From: a virus
Taxonomy: Duplodnaviria; Heunggongvirae; Uroviricota; Caudoviricetes
Virus record (IMG/VR): IMGVR_UViG_2778261667_000004
Span: 1-7,210 of that record
Length of the DNA stretch: 7,210 bases
Strand: one strand, 5' to 3'
Shown here piece by piece: positions 6,420 through 7,210 of this stretch. Both the position numbers and the translations under genes were made by a program. The stretch's first letter is position 1. Each line of letters begins with the position of its first letter. The notes under the pieces are model-generated. The model ran no database searches, was not told the origin of the DNA, and saw only the letters and a program-made list of their open reading frames with translations.

Positions 6420-6678
6420 GTCAAAATGCCAAATTAATGGCAACAAGATAGAACCGTGCGCGGCGTTGACGCAATCCCTGGAGCATGACGCTGAATACAC
6501 GACGCGAAAAGGTCTGCTGAAATACAAAATCTATAACCATGCATTAATTCATTCACAAGACCTGATCATGCTGCGGTCTGGTGAATTTTCTAAATCACCG
6601 ATTCGAGTTTCATTTTGCCCGTTCTGTGGTGAAAGTCTGAAAACGTGGGAAGCGGAGGCAACCAGTGAGCAAAATTAA
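6412..6678 (+). CDS. Small Cys-containing protein (possible zinc ribbon), unknown function
   Basis: GTG 6412 inside junction GGGGGCAACCAGTGAGTGA, overlapping the ASCH stop. Cys-x9-Cys near N-terminus and CPFC near C-terminus. Confidence 0.5.
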   Translation: MSESKCQINGNKIEPCAALTQSLEHDAEYTTRKGLLKYKIYNHALIHSQDLIMLRSGEFSKSPIRVSFCPFCGESLKTWEAEATSEQN

Positions 6679-7210
6679 CTATCAAGAACTGCGCGAGGCG
6701 GCGGAACAGGCAACGCAAGATGAATGGGTAGCATATATTTTGCCGGGTCATAACGGCATTTATCCTGCGCGCACGTCTGAGGGTAGGCATTGCGGATACT
6801 TTATTGACTGGCCTGGCATTGATGGACAAAGGAATGCTGGTGCTAATGCCCGTTATATCGCGGCTATCCCACCAAAAGTTGCGCTGGCACTCCTGGGCGA
6901 AATTAAGCGCTTGGAAGACACAAATATTGATGCTATGTGCCGAATTGCAGAACTGGAGGCCTGTCGCGCGGCGCTGGCGGCGGAGAATGAGCTGGCTCGT
7001 AAAGCAGTTCAGGCATTCTGCGATGTTGTTGGCGACAACACCGAGGTTATCGCTGAGGAGATTGGGAGAGATGGTGTTCTGGCTATTTTGGAGGCCATGA
7101 AGGCAACAGGAAATATGCCAGCCACCGATGCTTTTCTGGCTGAAGTACGGGCGCAGGGGGTGGATGCTGCTATAGAAGCTGCAAAAAATCTGGTGGTCCA
7201 AGAATATGAG
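6665..7210 (+). CDS. Ea22-like protein (Ead/Ea22 family), N-terminal part; continues beyond window end
   Basis: Open frame from GTG 6665 to the window end with no stop (absent from ORF track). GGAGG 8 nt upstream. Translation VSKINYQELREAAEQATQDEWVAYILPGHNGIYPARTSEGRHCGYFIDWPG...ACRAALAAENELARKAVQAFCD...NMPATDAFLAEVRAQGVDAAIEAAKN is typical of the family as I recall it. Confidence 0.8.
   Translation, partial: MSKINYQELREAAEQATQDEWVAYILPGHNGIYPARTSEGRHCGYFIDWPGIDGQRNAGANARYIAAIPPKVALALLGEIKRLEDTNIDAMCRIAELEACRAALAAENELARKAVQAFCDVVGDNTEVIAEEIGRDGVLAILEAMKATGNMPATDAFLAEVRAQGVDAAIEAAKNLVVQEYE
6968..6989 (+). repeat. 22-bp direct repeat, partner of 2981-3002
   Basis: Exact string match read from the sequence. 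Confidence 0.85.
7118..7156 (+). repeat. Near-identical direct repeat, partner of 3143-3180
   Basis: See partner entry. Confidence 0.8.

Noticed and set aside
6590-7201. 203-aa reverse-strand ORF and 6804..7100 plus-strand ORF
   Set aside because: Both overlap the stop-free Ea22-like frame (6665 onward), which has clear family features. These are shadow frames.
1-7210. CRISPR array, tRNA/rRNA, IS element or integrase/att site
   Set aside because: No regularly spaced direct repeats with spacers, no tRNA-like structure, and no transposase or integrase motifs seen. The only repeats are the Ea22 module repeats and junction motifs.

Overview
Compact, almost entirely plus-strand block of about 15 tightly packed genes that looks like the early/accessory (moron-rich) region of an enterobacterial lambdoid prophage. 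Window start is inside the 3' end of a reverse-strand gene I read as a P1 Ref-like HNH nuclease; it is absent from the ORF track because its stop lies off-window. A divergent AT-rich control region (568-685) separates it from a rightward operon: small hydrophobic ORF, DUF4406 (nucleoside 2-deoxyribosyltransferase-like) fusion, GcrA-like HTH protein, two Ea22-like paralogs flanking a signal-peptide protein, three small proteins, and a PrpA/lambda-type PPP phosphatase. A second promoter/operator-like region (4757-4795) precedes a DUF968-like Cys-motif protein, an ASCH (PUA-like) protein, a small Cys protein and a third Ea22-like gene running off the window end. Most genes are joined by GTGA/ATGA start-stop overlaps. 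No rRNA, tRNA, CRISPR or transposase was seen. Family assignments come from motif recognition by eye and recall, not from searches. The two best candidates for an undescribed system are the DUF968-ASCH-Cys module and the membrane peptide-DUF4406-HTH module; both are hypotheses.
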